From Felis catus (Eukaryota): a DNA stretch of 64,000 nucleotides. The notes below the pieces were generated by a model. It did not search any database and had not been told where the DNA came from. It saw nothing but the letters and a program-made list of their open reading frames with translations. Shown here in pieces: positions 46,850 through 60,292 of this stretch (its first letter is position 1; every line of letters starts with the position of its first letter). A program made the translations under genes and the position numbers. The DNA lies in contig NC_058368.1 of NCBI RefSeq assembly GCF_018350175.1, forward strand, positions 103,480,001 to 103,544,000. The letters run 5' to 3'.

Positions 46850-47723
46850 AAGAGGATTCCTTTTTCTCTACATCCTCACCAACAATGCTATTTCTTGGGG
46901 GGGGGGGGGGGGGGGTAGCCATTCTGACAGGTGTAAGGTGGAAATTCCTCAAAATTAAAAACAGATTGACCAGATGATCCAGCAAAACTGGGTATTTAAT
47001 CAAAGAAAACAACAACACTAAATTGAAAGGATACAAGCATCCCTAGGTTTATTGCAGTATGATCTACAATAGCCAAATTATGGAAGCAACCCAAGTTCCC
47101 ATCAATAGATGAATGAATAAAGAAGATGTGGTATATACATACAATGGAATATCACTCAGCCATAAAAAAGAATGAAATCTTGTCATTTGTGACAACAAAT
47201 ATGAAGGCAGACGGTATTAGGAGAGCAAAATAGGTAAAAAAAAAAAAACAAAAAAAAAACAAAAACAAATAGAATATGATTTCACTCGTACACAGAATTT
47301 TAGAAACAAAACAAATGAAGAAAGAAAGAATGAGACAGACTCTTAAATACAGAGAACAGGTATTTACTAAGGGAATAAGGGATTAGCAATATAGATAAAA
47401 GGGATTAAGGGGCACCTGGGTGGCTCAGTGGGCTAAGCGTCCGACTTCAGCTCAGGTCATGATCTTGCAGTTTGTGAGTTCAAGTCCCGCATCAGATTCT
47501 GTGCTGACAGCTCAGAGCCTGGAGCCTGCTTCGGATTCTGTTTCTCCCCCTCTCTAGCCCTCCCCCGCTCACACTCTGTCTCTCAAAAATAAACATTTAA
47601 AAAAAAATTTTTTAAGGGATTAAGAGCACACTTAACACTGAGTAATGTACAGAATTGTTGAATCACTGCAATGTACACCCAAAACTAATATAACATCGTA
47701 CATTAATTATACTTAAATTAAAA
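46850..47723 (+). mobile_element. 5'-truncated L1 with 5' inversion
   Basis: 46850-46940 is reverse-strand L1 (caccttacacctgtcagaatggcta...ggtgaggatgtagagaaa); from ~46941 forward L1 3' end through tgtacacccaaaactaatataaca. Confidence 0.88.
47409..47613 (+). mobile_element. Can-SINE inside the L1 3'UTR
   Basis: TSD aagggattaa on both sides. Confidence 0.94.
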
Positions 47724-50083
47724 CACACACACACCAAACCAAGTAAGCATCAGTAGTTTTGACAACAGAAACTTCAAATATGGCCTTGAATTATTTTTCC
47801 ATGTGGAATACTTTCCGTCAATAACAAAATACATTTCATAGCAGTTACACCAGTTTTTTTTTTTACCAAGAACATTTTTAGCAATTATTCTCCATTTTCT
47901 AAATGCAATTTCACTGTTCTACAGATCAGCAAGGCTTACTTCAGAAACAATCTTGCAGTCATCAGATATAATTTTGCTTCTTGAGTTCTTGTGACTAGTG
48001 TCTTCCCAATATATTTTTACATTGGACATAGTGAGTACTTGCCATCATACTAATCTTTCTGAGATAATAAGTTTACATCTTTGGTTTTGGCTTCCTTTCT
48101 GTCATCTATTCATAAGTTGCTTTTCTCTCCCAACTGCCACGGTACTTCTCAGAGACCCGAAGGGCTGCTAATATATTTTAAAATAATTCTAGATATCCCA
48201 GCCCCCAGAAAAACCATACCCCCAAAATAAAATGTGCTTGAAGAAAATAACATTTAAAATCCTCTCCTGAAGTTGTGGCACTTATGTTAAAGCAGGATTT
48301 TTCCCCCTTTCCTAATCTCACTTTAAAATGTTATCCATTTCAAATTTGATTTATGTAGCTGCTGGATGAAGGAGCTCTTTTAAATAATTGCCAAGAGAAC
48401 AAAATAGGAATCAAAGTGTCAAATTCCCTTACATTATTTTGTAGGTAGCCTTAAATACTTCTTTAGTGCCTGTGAGAAATCAAATATTGGTAATCTGTCT
48501 CTGTCCATTTCTCTCTTCCCAGATAGCTAATGACATGCATTATACTTCCCTGACTGTGTGTACCTTTCATTTCACGCAAAGCCTTTAATCCTTCTCTTTT
48601 TAGATAAAATGCCATAACCATGGTGTAGTAGGTTAAGATTGATTGACAAGTGCATATAATTATGGCTTCAATAGTGGAGTATGTTTTACAGTTGAAAAAA
48701 AATGCACAACCTTGAAAATAAAGAAGTTGTGCCCTTTCTCTGGGATAAAAGGATCATATCAAATTGGTTCATTTCTTTGCTGGAATGAAATAAAAGATTT
48801 CCTATAACAAAGAACACCACCCAAAAGGCTGCTGGAGGATGTCTTTCTTGACTAGATAATGCTTTGCCAATAAGAAAATCAAAAGAGATAAAAGTAGAAT
48901 TTTAGGAGTTTGTCCCTTTTACTTCATTTTCCATTCATAGTTCATACATAATTGGGAACAAAAAGAGAGAGACAAGAGCAGAAAAAATGTAACATTTGAA
49001 AATATAAATTTATAAAATGTCTAAAAGGAAAAAGTTTGTGAATTAAAACCAGAGGGGTACAGTAAAGAAGCTTCCCTTACCTTGCTTCTGACCTTAGGTT
49101 GTACCAAAACCCACAATAAATTCATGTTATATTCCTTTAGTTTGGCTATTCTGTTTCAGTCCATTAAAAACAAAATTATTTTCGGATTTTTGATTTTGTA
49201 TTAAAATAAGAATGAATATACCAATTGGGAACCTGAGATTTGAGCTCTTGGTGAAAAGAGATAAATGTCACCCATCCAACAGTGGGCATGACAACTGTGT
49301 GTAGATCGGCAGGCATGTCTGGGATTTGCTTACCGACCTTACTAAATAAAGCATTACTCGAGCACCTACTATAAGCCATGCATCACAAGATGGCCTTCAA
49401 CTCACTGTGCTCGGCTAATAGAACCTCATTGTTTCTCCTTTTTTGCTGGGCTAAGCACCAGGGTTTTCACTAATAATATAATTTTGAATGATTCATCATT
49501 TTGAACCTCTCAATGTTGTCTGTCAAGCAAAGAATATATTAGGCCCAGAAGCACTTTTATCCTGGAGACCATTTTTTTATCCATAATGTCTCAAAATCCA
49601 TGAAATGTAATTTAGCCACTTCTTGCCCTAAGAATTTTTTCAGGAAACAGGGAGCCTTTCGTATAATAACAGAAGGAGGCATGGGGAGTGTAGCCAGAGA
49701 GAGAGAATCAGTAAAAATATTTTGCAACCTCTAATCTTATCAAAATACTTAGCTGTCATTTTTGAAATCAAAAAACAGCATCCAGAAGCAAGGGGACACT
49801 GCTCAGGTTAATTTGAAAGGGGCAAGACAGTGGCCCAGAATCGCAGACGTAATCCCAGACAGTGAGGTCAAGACTTGGTAAAAATCTATCGAGAAGACTT
49901 GGGGACAACTTGAGGTAAGCGGGAGGCCACAGTGGAGGGAGTTACAGCATGAAATGTTTGCATGGGAAGACAGCCTGAGTAGTGGGAAAGGGAGAAAGGA
50001 AGTATTTAAAGACAAGAGAAAAAAATGTTACATCTGGCTATAAGAAATGTATTAGCCGCAACAGCAGTGAAGGGAAAGATGAC

Positions 50084-50230
50084 TTTTTTTCCTTGTTTTT
50101 GTTTCTTTTGTTTTTTGTTTTTTTTTTGTTTTGTTTTCTGTTTTTTTGGGGGGGGGGGGGTTGGGAGGTTGGTTTTGGTTTTTTTTTGGTTTTTTTGGGT
50201 TTGTTTTTTTTTTTTTTTTTTTTTTTTTTT
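50084..50230. repeat. T/G low-complexity tract with poly-G and poly-T runs
   Basis: (T)nG units, G13, then a long terminal T run. Confidence 0.95.
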
Positions 50231-50299
50231 GCATTAGCTGCCACTGTGTGATGGCGGAAAATACCATGACTACCAGTAAGTCTGGCACTGCTGCCTTGA

Positions 50300-50485
50300 T
50301 TCAGGCTCATGAGGAAGCAATCTCATGGCCACGGCTTTTGTAACATGAGTGCCAATCTCAACAAAGGGAAAAAGACGAATGACGCCCTGCTATTTTTGTT
50401 TTAAAAAGCTGTGATATTTAAGATCCCCTGGGAGGGTCTCTCAGGCACTCCCAGGAGTCTGAAGACCTCACTTTGAGAAGTAGGG
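50300..50485. mobile_element. hAT-Charlie DNA transposon end
   Basis: gatcccctgggagggtctctcaggcactcccaggagtctgaagacctcactttgagaag resembles Charlie-type termini. Confidence 0.55.
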
Positions 50486-51326
50486 CCTATATTTCACTTT
50501 ATGTTCCATAGGATAAGACCTTTTCAGTCTTCATTCATAGATGGGATTTCTCATCCTTCCCCAATTATGGCCTGCCACTGGGGTGAAAATGCAAGGCACG
50601 GGGCCATGGTGTCTTCCACTTTCTACCTCACTACTTATCCCACTGGATAACAAATGTATCTGATACCTCCAGGGTTGGAAAGCTGGTTTAAATGCTTTCT
50701 GGACCTGTTACAGGTTTAAGATTGTCACAGATGATTTCAAGATTCCTTGGAGACCCAAGCCCCATAGCTAGGAATTGTTCCTCTCAAGTTCCTTTGATGA
50801 ACTTGATATGTCTCCATTCTTGCCTATCACATCTTTCTTCTGCAGTTGGTAGGATTCCAGTTAGCATCAGCTTGTCTCTGGCCAGGCTGTTTACCCCAGA
50901 CAGTGGCATTCCAGTCTGTTCCCTATCCTCAAAAATGTATCCTCATTTCTGAAAATGTCCTCAAATATTTCTATCCCACAGAAAGACTTCTGAGTTACAC
51001 AGTATAATTATTTAGCAAACCACAAGTTCACAATACCAATTAATTATAAACTATGTAAGAACAATTTACTATGCTGAGCAAGACATAGTTGATTTCATCA
51101 ATATAAGCACTCTCAGAGTAACCATGTTTATATATGCAACCTCTGACCTGGCCTACAACATTATCAATTATTTTGACCAACTTTATAATCAATACAATTT
51201 ATTATGACCAAATTAACCACAGGGTAATCAACACTTTTTGTTAAAGTGACCAAAATATTTAATAACTATGTTTCACTGCATTATAACAACATATTTACAT
51301 TTACATGTGTGTATCTGTGTATGTAT

Positions 51327-51352
51327 ACACACACACACACACACACACACAC
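51327..51352. repeat. (CA)n microsatellite
   Basis: Direct run. Confidence 0.95.
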
Positions 51353-53155
51353 GTACATGCATATACTTACATTGTATCATGAAGTTATATTTATATATAC
51401 ATCTCTACATCTATATTATTTCATGCTTCAGATTTTATGTTTGAAAGCCAAAAGATATAGCCTATTTCACAAAGTTTTCTCAAAAAAAGGACCTATGTAT
51501 TCAACTTGTACCAGAATGGCCAATAGTGATTATATATATATTTAACATGGATTAACCAACAATGTATATTCACTGAAGTTCTAGTAACAATGTACTATCT
51601 TTTATAATATTTCTAAATTTCAATGAAGAGTTTTAAATAATTAATTTTCCTTGAATTTATATAAGTAACTGTCTTAATAAATTAATTTAAATGCCTGCTT
51701 AAGATTTAATTTAAAGTACTGCCCTCTAAACTGTGTAGCCTGACCATACAAATGTTCTTTATGCCAGAAATGATTTGTACTTTAAAATCCTCAGGGAAAA
51801 AACAGATAAAAAGAAAAATGGATCAGCACATCCTTAGTAGCTAAACCATTATTTACTTACTAGGTTTAGTACAGGAGAGGGATATTGTCAGAGCGCTCAC
51901 TGCTGCGATAAAATTAAATCACGTCAGCATTTTTCACACCCAACAAAAGAAATATGTAATATATAGAGAATTGCACTTCCTTTTAAAGAAAAAAATCACC
52001 TTCTCAGCTCAATAGCCTACCTTAATCTGGTGATTAAATTCCAAGGATGAGTGATCTTGAGCTGCCATAAAAATACAAAGTGTATCCATATATTGGATTT
52101 TATTAATCTCCTGATTTTGACTGCCTGGGTTTCATTCTCAGAACAAACTAGAAAAGTCCGTTTATGCTTATATTCTAAAGCATAATTACTATGATTAAAA
52201 AGTTGCAGTAACTTATGAGCTGTAAAACTAGTAAATTATATCTAGCCTGTAAGTAGAACTAATTATAAAGCTGTTGCTTGATTAAGGTGTTTATACTAAA
52301 GAGTATTAAAGGGATTAGTCCAAAGCTTTACATCCTGCAGCACAGAATTAATATGCAGGATTTAAACACTCAAATTAATTCAGGTGCAGCAAACAATTAT
52401 ATGAAATAGGAACACTCGACCCAGCTAATGACCACACTAGTCCACCAAGCTAATTTATAATCATGTACTTATTGACCTCTCTGCATGTTCACAAAAGGAC
52501 TGTTCTCATGCTAATTCCTGCCTGCAAGCCATTGTCACAGCCCAGTGTCATCATAGTGATTAGCGCCAGACAGGAAGCAGATCTAGCCCCTAAGATCACT
52601 ACAACTTTTGTCGTAAGGAAATATCTCCTAGTGCAAGAAGTTACATGTAAATGATAAACTCTGTATCATCACCACCATCAGGAAGAGGCATTTAGTAAGA
52701 ACTCACTGTGAGCATTTCTAGTCTCTTCACTGAACAGTGAAGCTGTGCTCCAAACTTGAACTCCGCGAGTTTATCGGCTAATTGGAACAAATATGTTGAG
52801 GGAGGGAGAGACTATGTCAAAAAAATAAGAAGTCTGGTTTAAGGTTTAAGATTTCTGTATTAGACAATTAAGCTAGTCAAACCACATCAAAATCCACTGC
52901 TAAGCTTTCTCCAGGATTTGTTCTGTGATACATAAATGCAGTTCAGGCCTCCTGGGGTTCATTCACTCAAATTTTTCAACAAACAATTATTAAGTTCTAC
53001 CTTATGAAGTATGGAAGACATTTTCAAAAGAAGAAATTGATAAAATGCAGCCTTTGCTCTGAGAAATTAAGGCGCACACACTTTAGTGGGGAAAAAGATC
53101 AACATACTACTAACTATATACCAATTAGAAAGAGTATCAGAATAAGAGGCACAAA

Positions 53156-53363
53156 GGGTGGCTCAGTCAATTAAGCATCTGACTTCGACTCAGGTCATGA
53201 TCTCATGGCTCGTGAGTTTGAGTCCCCTGCGTCGGGCTCTGTGCTGATGGCTCAGAGCCAGGAGCCCTCTTCGGATTCTGTCTCCCTCTCTCTTCCCCTC
53301 CCCCACTCAGGCTCTGTCTCTCTCTCCTTCAAAATAAATAAACATTCAAAAAAAATTTGAAAA
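53156..53363 (+). mobile_element. Can-SINE, slightly 5'-truncated, within an L2 relic
   Basis: gggtggctcagtcaattaagcatctgacttcgactcaggtcatgatc...aaaataaataaacatt. Confidence 0.92.
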
Positions 53364-53716
53364 TAACCGTCACAAAGAATTATGTGAGCTCACATGCAGG
53401 AAAACTGATACCACAGGTAGTGCTAGTGTCCTATGAAAAGCACTAGATCAAGAGCCCACAGACGTGGGTTAGACAGAGAGTGTAATTTCGTTTACTAGTT
53501 GTGGACTATCACTGAGTATCCCAGCGAAGACGTAACTGACAAGGTGAACCACCAAGAAAGAATACAACTTGTCTCATTTCTTCTTGTATCTTCCTTAATG
53601 TTTCGTCTATGGATTTATCTGTTTGTTCGTTTGTTAAGTCATTCATTCATTCATGGCTCCTGTGGTAAGAAACTCTTTGTAGGGCAGGTACCCCAGCAAG
53701 CAAAAATGAAACTTTA

Positions 53717-53845
53717 GGGGCACCTGTGGCTCAGTCGGTTAAGCATCCGACTCTTGGTTTCACCTCAGGCCATGATCTGATCAGGCGGCATGAGACTGCT
53801 TGAATTCTCTTTTTCCTTCTCTCTGCCCCTCCTCTGCTTGTGCTC

Positions 53846-53879
<34 letters not shown>

Positions 53880-53903
53880 AAAATAAATAAACTTTTTAAA
53901 AAA
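53717..53903 (+). mobile_element. Can-SINE, internally deleted
   Basis: TSD aaaa(a/g)tgaaac; (CT)n. Confidence 0.9.
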
Positions 53904-54083
53904 GTGAAACATTTATGTTCTCTCAGTGTAATTTTTTAAATCATTAGGCCTTCTTTAGGAAGGGTAAAAAAGTGTTGCAAAGCCTCAAAGGCTGTTTCTG
54001 ATGAGTCCTAAAAGTTCTGTATGATGGGCCATACGAATAACAAAATAAGGATATCGAGTATGCAGCTCTAAAGGGAGATTGCA

Positions 54084-54280
54084 GGGGCACATGGGTGGCT
54101 CAGTCAGTTAATCATCTGACTTTGGCTCAGGTCATGATCTCACGGTTCTCGAGTTTGAGCCCCACATTGGGCTCGGTGCTGACAGCCCAGAGCCTAGAGC
54201 CTGCTTCAGATTCTGGGTCTCCATCTCTCTCTTTCTCTCTCTCTCAAAAACAAACAAACATTAAAAAAAATAAAACAAGA
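54084..54280 (+). mobile_element. Can-SINE
   Basis: Degenerate TSD taaagggagattgca / taaatggaggctgca. Confidence 0.92.
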
Positions 54281-54954
54281 TAAATGGAGGCTGCAGAAGA
54301 TGTGGAAATGTATCAAGGGGAAGCAATAGAAACTAATTTTGCCTGGCAATGTTCAACAGATTGGAGGCAAAGCACATTTAGAAAAGATTCAGTAGACCTT
54401 TTGTTTGAATAGCCTACCTTGAAAATTATTTCAGAAGACCTTAAGAAATCCTACATATCTGATAAGGAAGATATGCTTTTGTGGGAGGGAATAGAGAATT
54501 TTTTATTTTAACTTTTCAGAAGCCACTAACTTTAAAAGTAATTTGGCAGCTACCTTAATGAATAAAGATTCTCTGAGAAAACCCTACAAAAAGGAAGTTG
54601 TGCCAGAGTCATTCAGGAACTGAGCTGTGTGAGGAAAAACCTTGCCCTATGTATACTACCTAATTTTAGAGTAATATGGAAAGAAGAATTTACTTTTTTT
54701 TTCTTTACATACCAGAAGTTTTTAATGAAAAAGAGAGAAGCACAGAATCGTATTGACAGCCAAATGGGGAAGGAGATTCTCATGATCTTAAAACCACAAG
54801 CTTCTCAGTGCAGAAATGGAATTTTCAGATTTTCAGGGATCCTAAAACCTAGCATGAAGTCTTGGGTATAGTATGCTACTAAATAATTACTTGTCTCTAA
54901 CAAAATGGGATGGTGATAATCAGTTGGAGAAGAGAAGACACAACTTCAGCATCT

Positions 54955-55165
54955 TTTTTTTTTAATTTTTTTTAACATAATTCATTTTTGAGAGCTAGAG
55001 AAAGACGGAGCATGAGCAGGGGAGGGACAGACACAAAATCTGAAGCAGGCTCCAGTCTCTGAGCTGTTAGTGCAGAGCCTGACACGCAGCTTGAACCCAT
55101 GAACTATGAGATCATGACCTGAGCCCAAGACACACGCATAACCAACTGAACTACCCAGGTGCCCT
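54955..55165 (-). mobile_element. Can-SINE
   Basis: T tail; aatctgaagcaggctccag...gagatcatgacctgagc...ctacccaggtgccc. Confidence 0.9.
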
Positions 55166-55174
55166 AGGATCTCT

Positions 55175-55565
55175 TTGAGCGAAGGCAGAGCCTTATATGA
55201 GAGGTATGTTCTCAGGAGAATCCTACAGAGGAGGAAGAAAAGCAGGAGAGAAGGTAGGCAAAGTTGCGGCTGCAAGAGAAGTCTATCCTGAGCTAATTCC
55301 AAGGGGGAACTCTGGAGTGTAAATTTCAGCACTGAGATTGCCCCACCAGAGTAGAGGGGATTAACTCTTATCTCCCACATGATTCAAGGGTTATCCATTA
55401 CCTGCTTTGGTGGGCAGGAGGCATGAATTACCTCTCAGGCATGTCAAAATGGCTCTGTCAGCCAAAAGCAAATGTAAGAATAATAAAAAAAAAAAAAATG
55501 GTATGGGTGTGATCCATTAGCAGCCAACACCCACTGTAGCTGGCACACGAGCGCACCAGCCTAAT
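55175..55565. mobile_element. Ancient ERVL LTR remnant (LTR16/LTR33-like)
   Basis: ctgagctaattccaagggggaactctggagtgtaaat...gccccaccagag; ccattagcagccaacacccactgtagctgg. Confidence 0.6.
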
Positions 55566-55734
55566 ATAGGGTTCTATTATTAAATGTTGCCTTTGCAGCA
55601 CTTAAGATGTTCTGTGTCCTAGCTTGGATGGCATCTAAGAAAAAGAAATAAAATTGCTGGACCAAGGGAAAGAAAAAAATTTTACTGCAAATGGACAATA
55701 GAAAACATACTCATAAAAAAGACAAATTTTTTTC

Positions 55735-55950
55735 AACCACATTTGCTAACTCTGTGGCAGGCACCAGACTATACCGTTTATATATATTGTTTCTTTTAAT
55801 GTTTAGGGGAAAAAAAGCAATGAAGGAGATATCACTATCCCCATTTTGCAGATAAAAAACGGGGACTTATAAAAATCACATATCTATTAAGAACTGGATG
55901 TGAGAGTTAGATTCAGGTCTGTGTGACTCCAAAATCCATTCCCTAAACAT
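55735..55950 (-). mobile_element. MIR
   Basis: atccccattttgcagataaaaaacgggg...gattcaggtctgtgtgactccaaaatcca. Confidence 0.75.
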
Positions 55951-56091
55951 TAAGCCATTCTAAAAGAGTGTTTTGTTATCAACTTTGCATACTATCACAT
56001 CAGTAAAATTCTGGTAAGTTCCCTCAAGTAATATGAAATAATTCCCTTCTAAATATATTTATTTTTTGTCTTTAAGGAAGATAGAAAAGAT

Positions 56092-56322
56092 GGGGCACCT
56101 GGGTGGCTCAGTCAGTTAGTTAGGCATGCAACTCCGGCTCAGGTCATGATCTCACAGTCCATGAGTTCGAGCCCCGCGTCAGGCTCTGTGCTGACAGCTC
56201 AGAGCCTGGAGCCTGCTTTGGATTCTGTGTCTCCCACTCTCTCTACCCTCCCCTGCCCATGCTCTGTCCCTCTCTCTCTCTCTCTCTCAAAAATAAATAA
56301 ATGCTTTAAAAAAAATTTTTTA
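56092..56322 (+). mobile_element. Can-SINE
   Basis: Intact B box gttcgagcc, (CT)n, A tail; TSD aa(g/t)atagaaaa. Confidence 0.94.
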
Positions 56323-56674
56323 AAGAATATAGAAAATAAATCCACAAAGGGCCCTGAGATTGAGTTTTGATTAAACTTTTGGTTAATATAATGTCCACTG
56401 AAATCATAAAGTGTTTTCAAGATATAATATTGTAAAACAACAGTGCCTCCCTGGAGAAGTGAGAACTGTCAAGCTAACATGTGGAACAGACACTATTAGG
56501 AGATCCCCTCAAAATATGCACTGTATAAATCTGGGATCCTTAAATATTCCTCAAAAAGAGTTTTTAAATCAAATAATTTTGGGAAAAACAAATAGGACCT
56601 GCCTCTTAAGGCAGAGCACATTAATACATTACATGTTCCAAAGTAATCCTGGATCAAGAATTCTGTTTAACTTT

Positions 56675-56880
56675 TTTTTTAATGTTTATTCATTTTTGAG
56701 AGAAAGAGAACAGAACATGAGCTGGGGAGGGGCAGAGAGAGAAGGAGACAGAATCCAGAGCAGGCTCCAGTCTCTGAGCTGTCAGCACAGAGCCTGACAC
56801 AGGGCTCAAACTCATGGACCGCAAGATCATGACCTGAGCTGAAGTTGGATGCTTAACCGCCTGAGCCACCCAGGTGGCCC
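56675..56880 (-). mobile_element. Can-SINE
   Basis: 19-bp TSD aagaattctgtttaacttt at 56656-56674 and 56881-56899. Confidence 0.95.
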
Positions 56881-58740
56881 AAGAATTCTGTTTAACTTTA
56901 TTAATGTAAGTTTTCCAAGCTGATCTCTACACAAAATTCCATTTTAAACAATTATGAAACACTTATTAACATTTCAGAGAATAACTAGTAGTTCATGACT
57001 GTGTGTTAGAGAATGTCAGCATATTGCATATGAGTAGATCTAAGAATATTGCAAAGAGGAAAGCATAATAAAATGTGTAAGCAGATGACTATTAGGAAAT
57101 GTTAGCAGAAAGAGCAAAGGGATTGGACAGTAACCATTGCCATTCTGAGGTGGTGCTAGACAGACAGATACTAAAAACAGGTGGACAGGTGCTCCTTATG
57201 CACACCACTATGTGTATGCATAACGCCCATAATTTAGGGAAAAGGTATGCCTTACACATACTAGGTATATATCAAATGCTTACTTAACAAATGGTCCAAA
57301 AGAGAAAATCAGGAGAATTACACAGACATAGGCTCATAGTAAACAAACGTAAGTATCATTACATGAAAAAATTAAACCCATGGTACAGAGTCAAAAGTCT
57401 TTGACTAAATCCTAACTCCACCCCTCATAGAAATATGATACCATCTCCACTGTGTTTCTTTACATGCAGATGAAAAGACCCTGTCCTTATTCTACTCTTA
57501 ATAGATGCTTGCCAAATCACCTACATTATAGTGATTTGAAAAGAAATAAATGGTTTTATAAGTATTAAGTATCTTTATGTAAAGAAATGTTGGGAACACT
57601 TTTTTTGATAACTACAGAATGGCACTTTGTCGCTTCAAGGCATTTCTTCTTTATACTAATGAGCACAGATGGGCAATCTTCAACGGACTAGGAGATTCAG
57701 CTTAGCGAAGTATTATGCCAGTTCAAATTACACAATATTTTAAAGACGATATATCACCAACTTATGTATTGACTTAACTTCTTTTTCACCTTGTAGAATG
57801 GATTCTCTGAGCACTTGTGTCTCAGTGAGTCGGTGTGTTTAAGGATGAATGCTCCGAGATGGCCAGGATGCTACCTATAAGTATCTCTTTGAGTTAGGCA
57901 TACTTTAGCAAAAGATCAAACCCTTAGGTTAGATAAGCAGAGTCAGTCATATATCAAGTAGATACACATCTGTGTGGAAGTTAATCAACTTGAAGGTGGA
58001 AATGCAGGATACAGCATTTGGATGAATATAAAATAAAGGGTGAACTTCAGCAACATTCTCGTGAAACTATCAAATGTGTACCTGTATTTTAGAAATATAA
58101 AGTGACTCCATGTTATCCAGACAGATGTGAGAAAAATACATACATTCCAAAATAGTCCCGGAAGCACAATTTAGTAACTACAAGACCCTTCTCTTTTTTT
58201 CATAGCTAAATAAAAGCAAGGACCCTGTGTACAGACACATTTTTTTTTTTTTTAGTTAGGCACCTTATCTTCTTTTTGTTTGCTTCTGCCAGACACTTCC
58301 CCAGCCATGGAATGAAACTCCCACATCATCTTGACTGCAGTGTGAAGGTATATATTTGAGCATGGTGAGTGAGGTGTTAGGCAATAAAAAGTTTTGGATT
58401 TGAACTTTCATGACCTGTGCCCAAGAAATTTAGAAATCACTATGAAGACTTCATGGATTTATAGGAATTTGGTCACTAAAAGAGTTCAAAGTTTATAACA
58501 AGGCACTTGGAGACCAAGATTCATCAGATGTTACCTCCTAAGCAAAGGAATTAATTCAGACCCTATGTATTTTCTCCCTTTTGTATGTTTTCTTACCAAT
58601 TTCTTAGATTACATTGACTATTATACTTGGCTATTAATAACTTTAATTTATACTTGTATTACTGGAATGTCTATTATGTCCATACAATAAGATGGGCATA
58701 AAACTTTTGTCTTATATTAAGTGTACTATCTTTTAAAAAA

Positions 58741-58942
58741 ATGTTTATTATTTATTTTGAGAGAGAGGGAGCGTGTGAGAGCACAGGATAGGGAGAGAGA
58801 GAGCTGGAGAGAGAGAATCCCAAGCAGGCTCCTCAGTCAGTACAGACCCCAATGCGGGGCTCTAGCCCACAAATCATGAGATCATGACCTAAGATGAAAT
58901 CATGAGTCAGACATTCAACCGACTCGGCCACCCAGGCACCCC
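58741..58942 (-). mobile_element. Can-SINE
   Basis: TSD tgtact(a/c)tcttttaaa. Confidence 0.92.
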
Positions 58943-60070
58943 AAATGTACTCTCTTTTAAAGCTGTGTATATACACACAATAAATAGGTTGTATGGAACA
59001 TAAACCAAAGAGTCATAGTCAAAATACTCAAAATACTCAAAATGAGATATACAGACAGGATTAATATTTACATGTTACATTTAAATTTTAAATTCTTAAC
59101 ATGTTAATATTTAAATAAATATTTAAATGAATAAAAAAATTTAAGACGTATAGGGGACATTTCCAGGCAAAGAAAATGTCACGTGAAAAGATTTCAGGAG
59201 AAAAAAAAGGCAGAAAACTTATCTGTCCTGTTGGGACTTTTGCTTCTATACATTTCAACCAGCCTTCAGGCAATGGCTACGGCTCCTGTGTCAATAGCCC
59301 AGAGCACTGATCTCAGTATTTTTCAGACACACACAACTTGCAGTTACATAAAATGTATTTCTACACGGCTTAACAGGCTGTTAGGCAAAATCATGGCTGC
59401 ACGTGATAGATCATGCATGACAAAATGAACACTGTGTTTTATTTCAGTCATCTGTTAGCATTTTCCTATAAATGACAGTGTTTTTTTTTTTTTTCAGTAT
59501 TTAAACTAAAAAATGAAGCCTTCTTTAGGTAGCTTGGATTTCAAAGAACTTTACTTAGCCAGTAACTACATGGGACAGATGCATTTATAAACCTAACTAG
59601 AAATGACATTACTGTGTACGTTAATGGCCACATATATTCTTCCGGCTATCTGTGCTTTCCAGGGTTTCTAACTTTACTACTACTCCTTCCAGAAAGGGGG
59701 AGTGCAAACAGACAAGACAGAGCAAAAAGTTCTGTGGGTCACCAGATCGTCCCCGAATTATCACTCTTGTAAATCTCTCTCTTAAACTCATTCTTTATTT
59801 ATTAAAAGGTCTCCTTTTGGCAATTTCTATATGTAAATACTCAAGGATCTTTTAGGATGTGTCAGTGAAAGAGTGATGAACAAGTCAGGGTCTCCTGCTC
59901 TAAGGACCATACAGTCTATTGGGTTTGACCATCATACATATAATTATCTAAAAACAAATCGTACCATTGAAAAAATATACAAAAACATGCGAGTAGAGAC
60001 AAAGGTGAGATTAAATTTCAACAAGAAAAGCTGGGATTGCTTTCATGGAGATGATTGCCAGCTGAGTTTT

Positions 60071-60292
60071 TTTTTTTTTTTAATTTTTTTTAACGTTTAT
60101 TTATTTTTGAGACAGAGAGAGACAGAGCATGAACGGGGAAGGGGCAGAGAGAGAGGGAGACACAGAATCGGAAACAGGCTCCAGGCTCTGAGCCATCAGC
60201 CCAGAGCCCGATGTGGGGCTCGAACCCACGGACCGCGAGATGGTGACCTGGCTGAAGTCGGACGCTTAACCGACTGCGCCACCCGGCGCCCC
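60071..60292 (-). mobile_element. Young felid Can-SINE (SINEC_Fc-like)
   Basis: Perfect 15-bp TSD tgccagctgagtttt at 60056-60070 and 60293-60307; CpG-rich. Confidence 0.96.

Noticed and set aside
49982..50343. Five overlapping F- or K-rich ORFs
   Set aside because: Artefacts of the T/G low-complexity tract.
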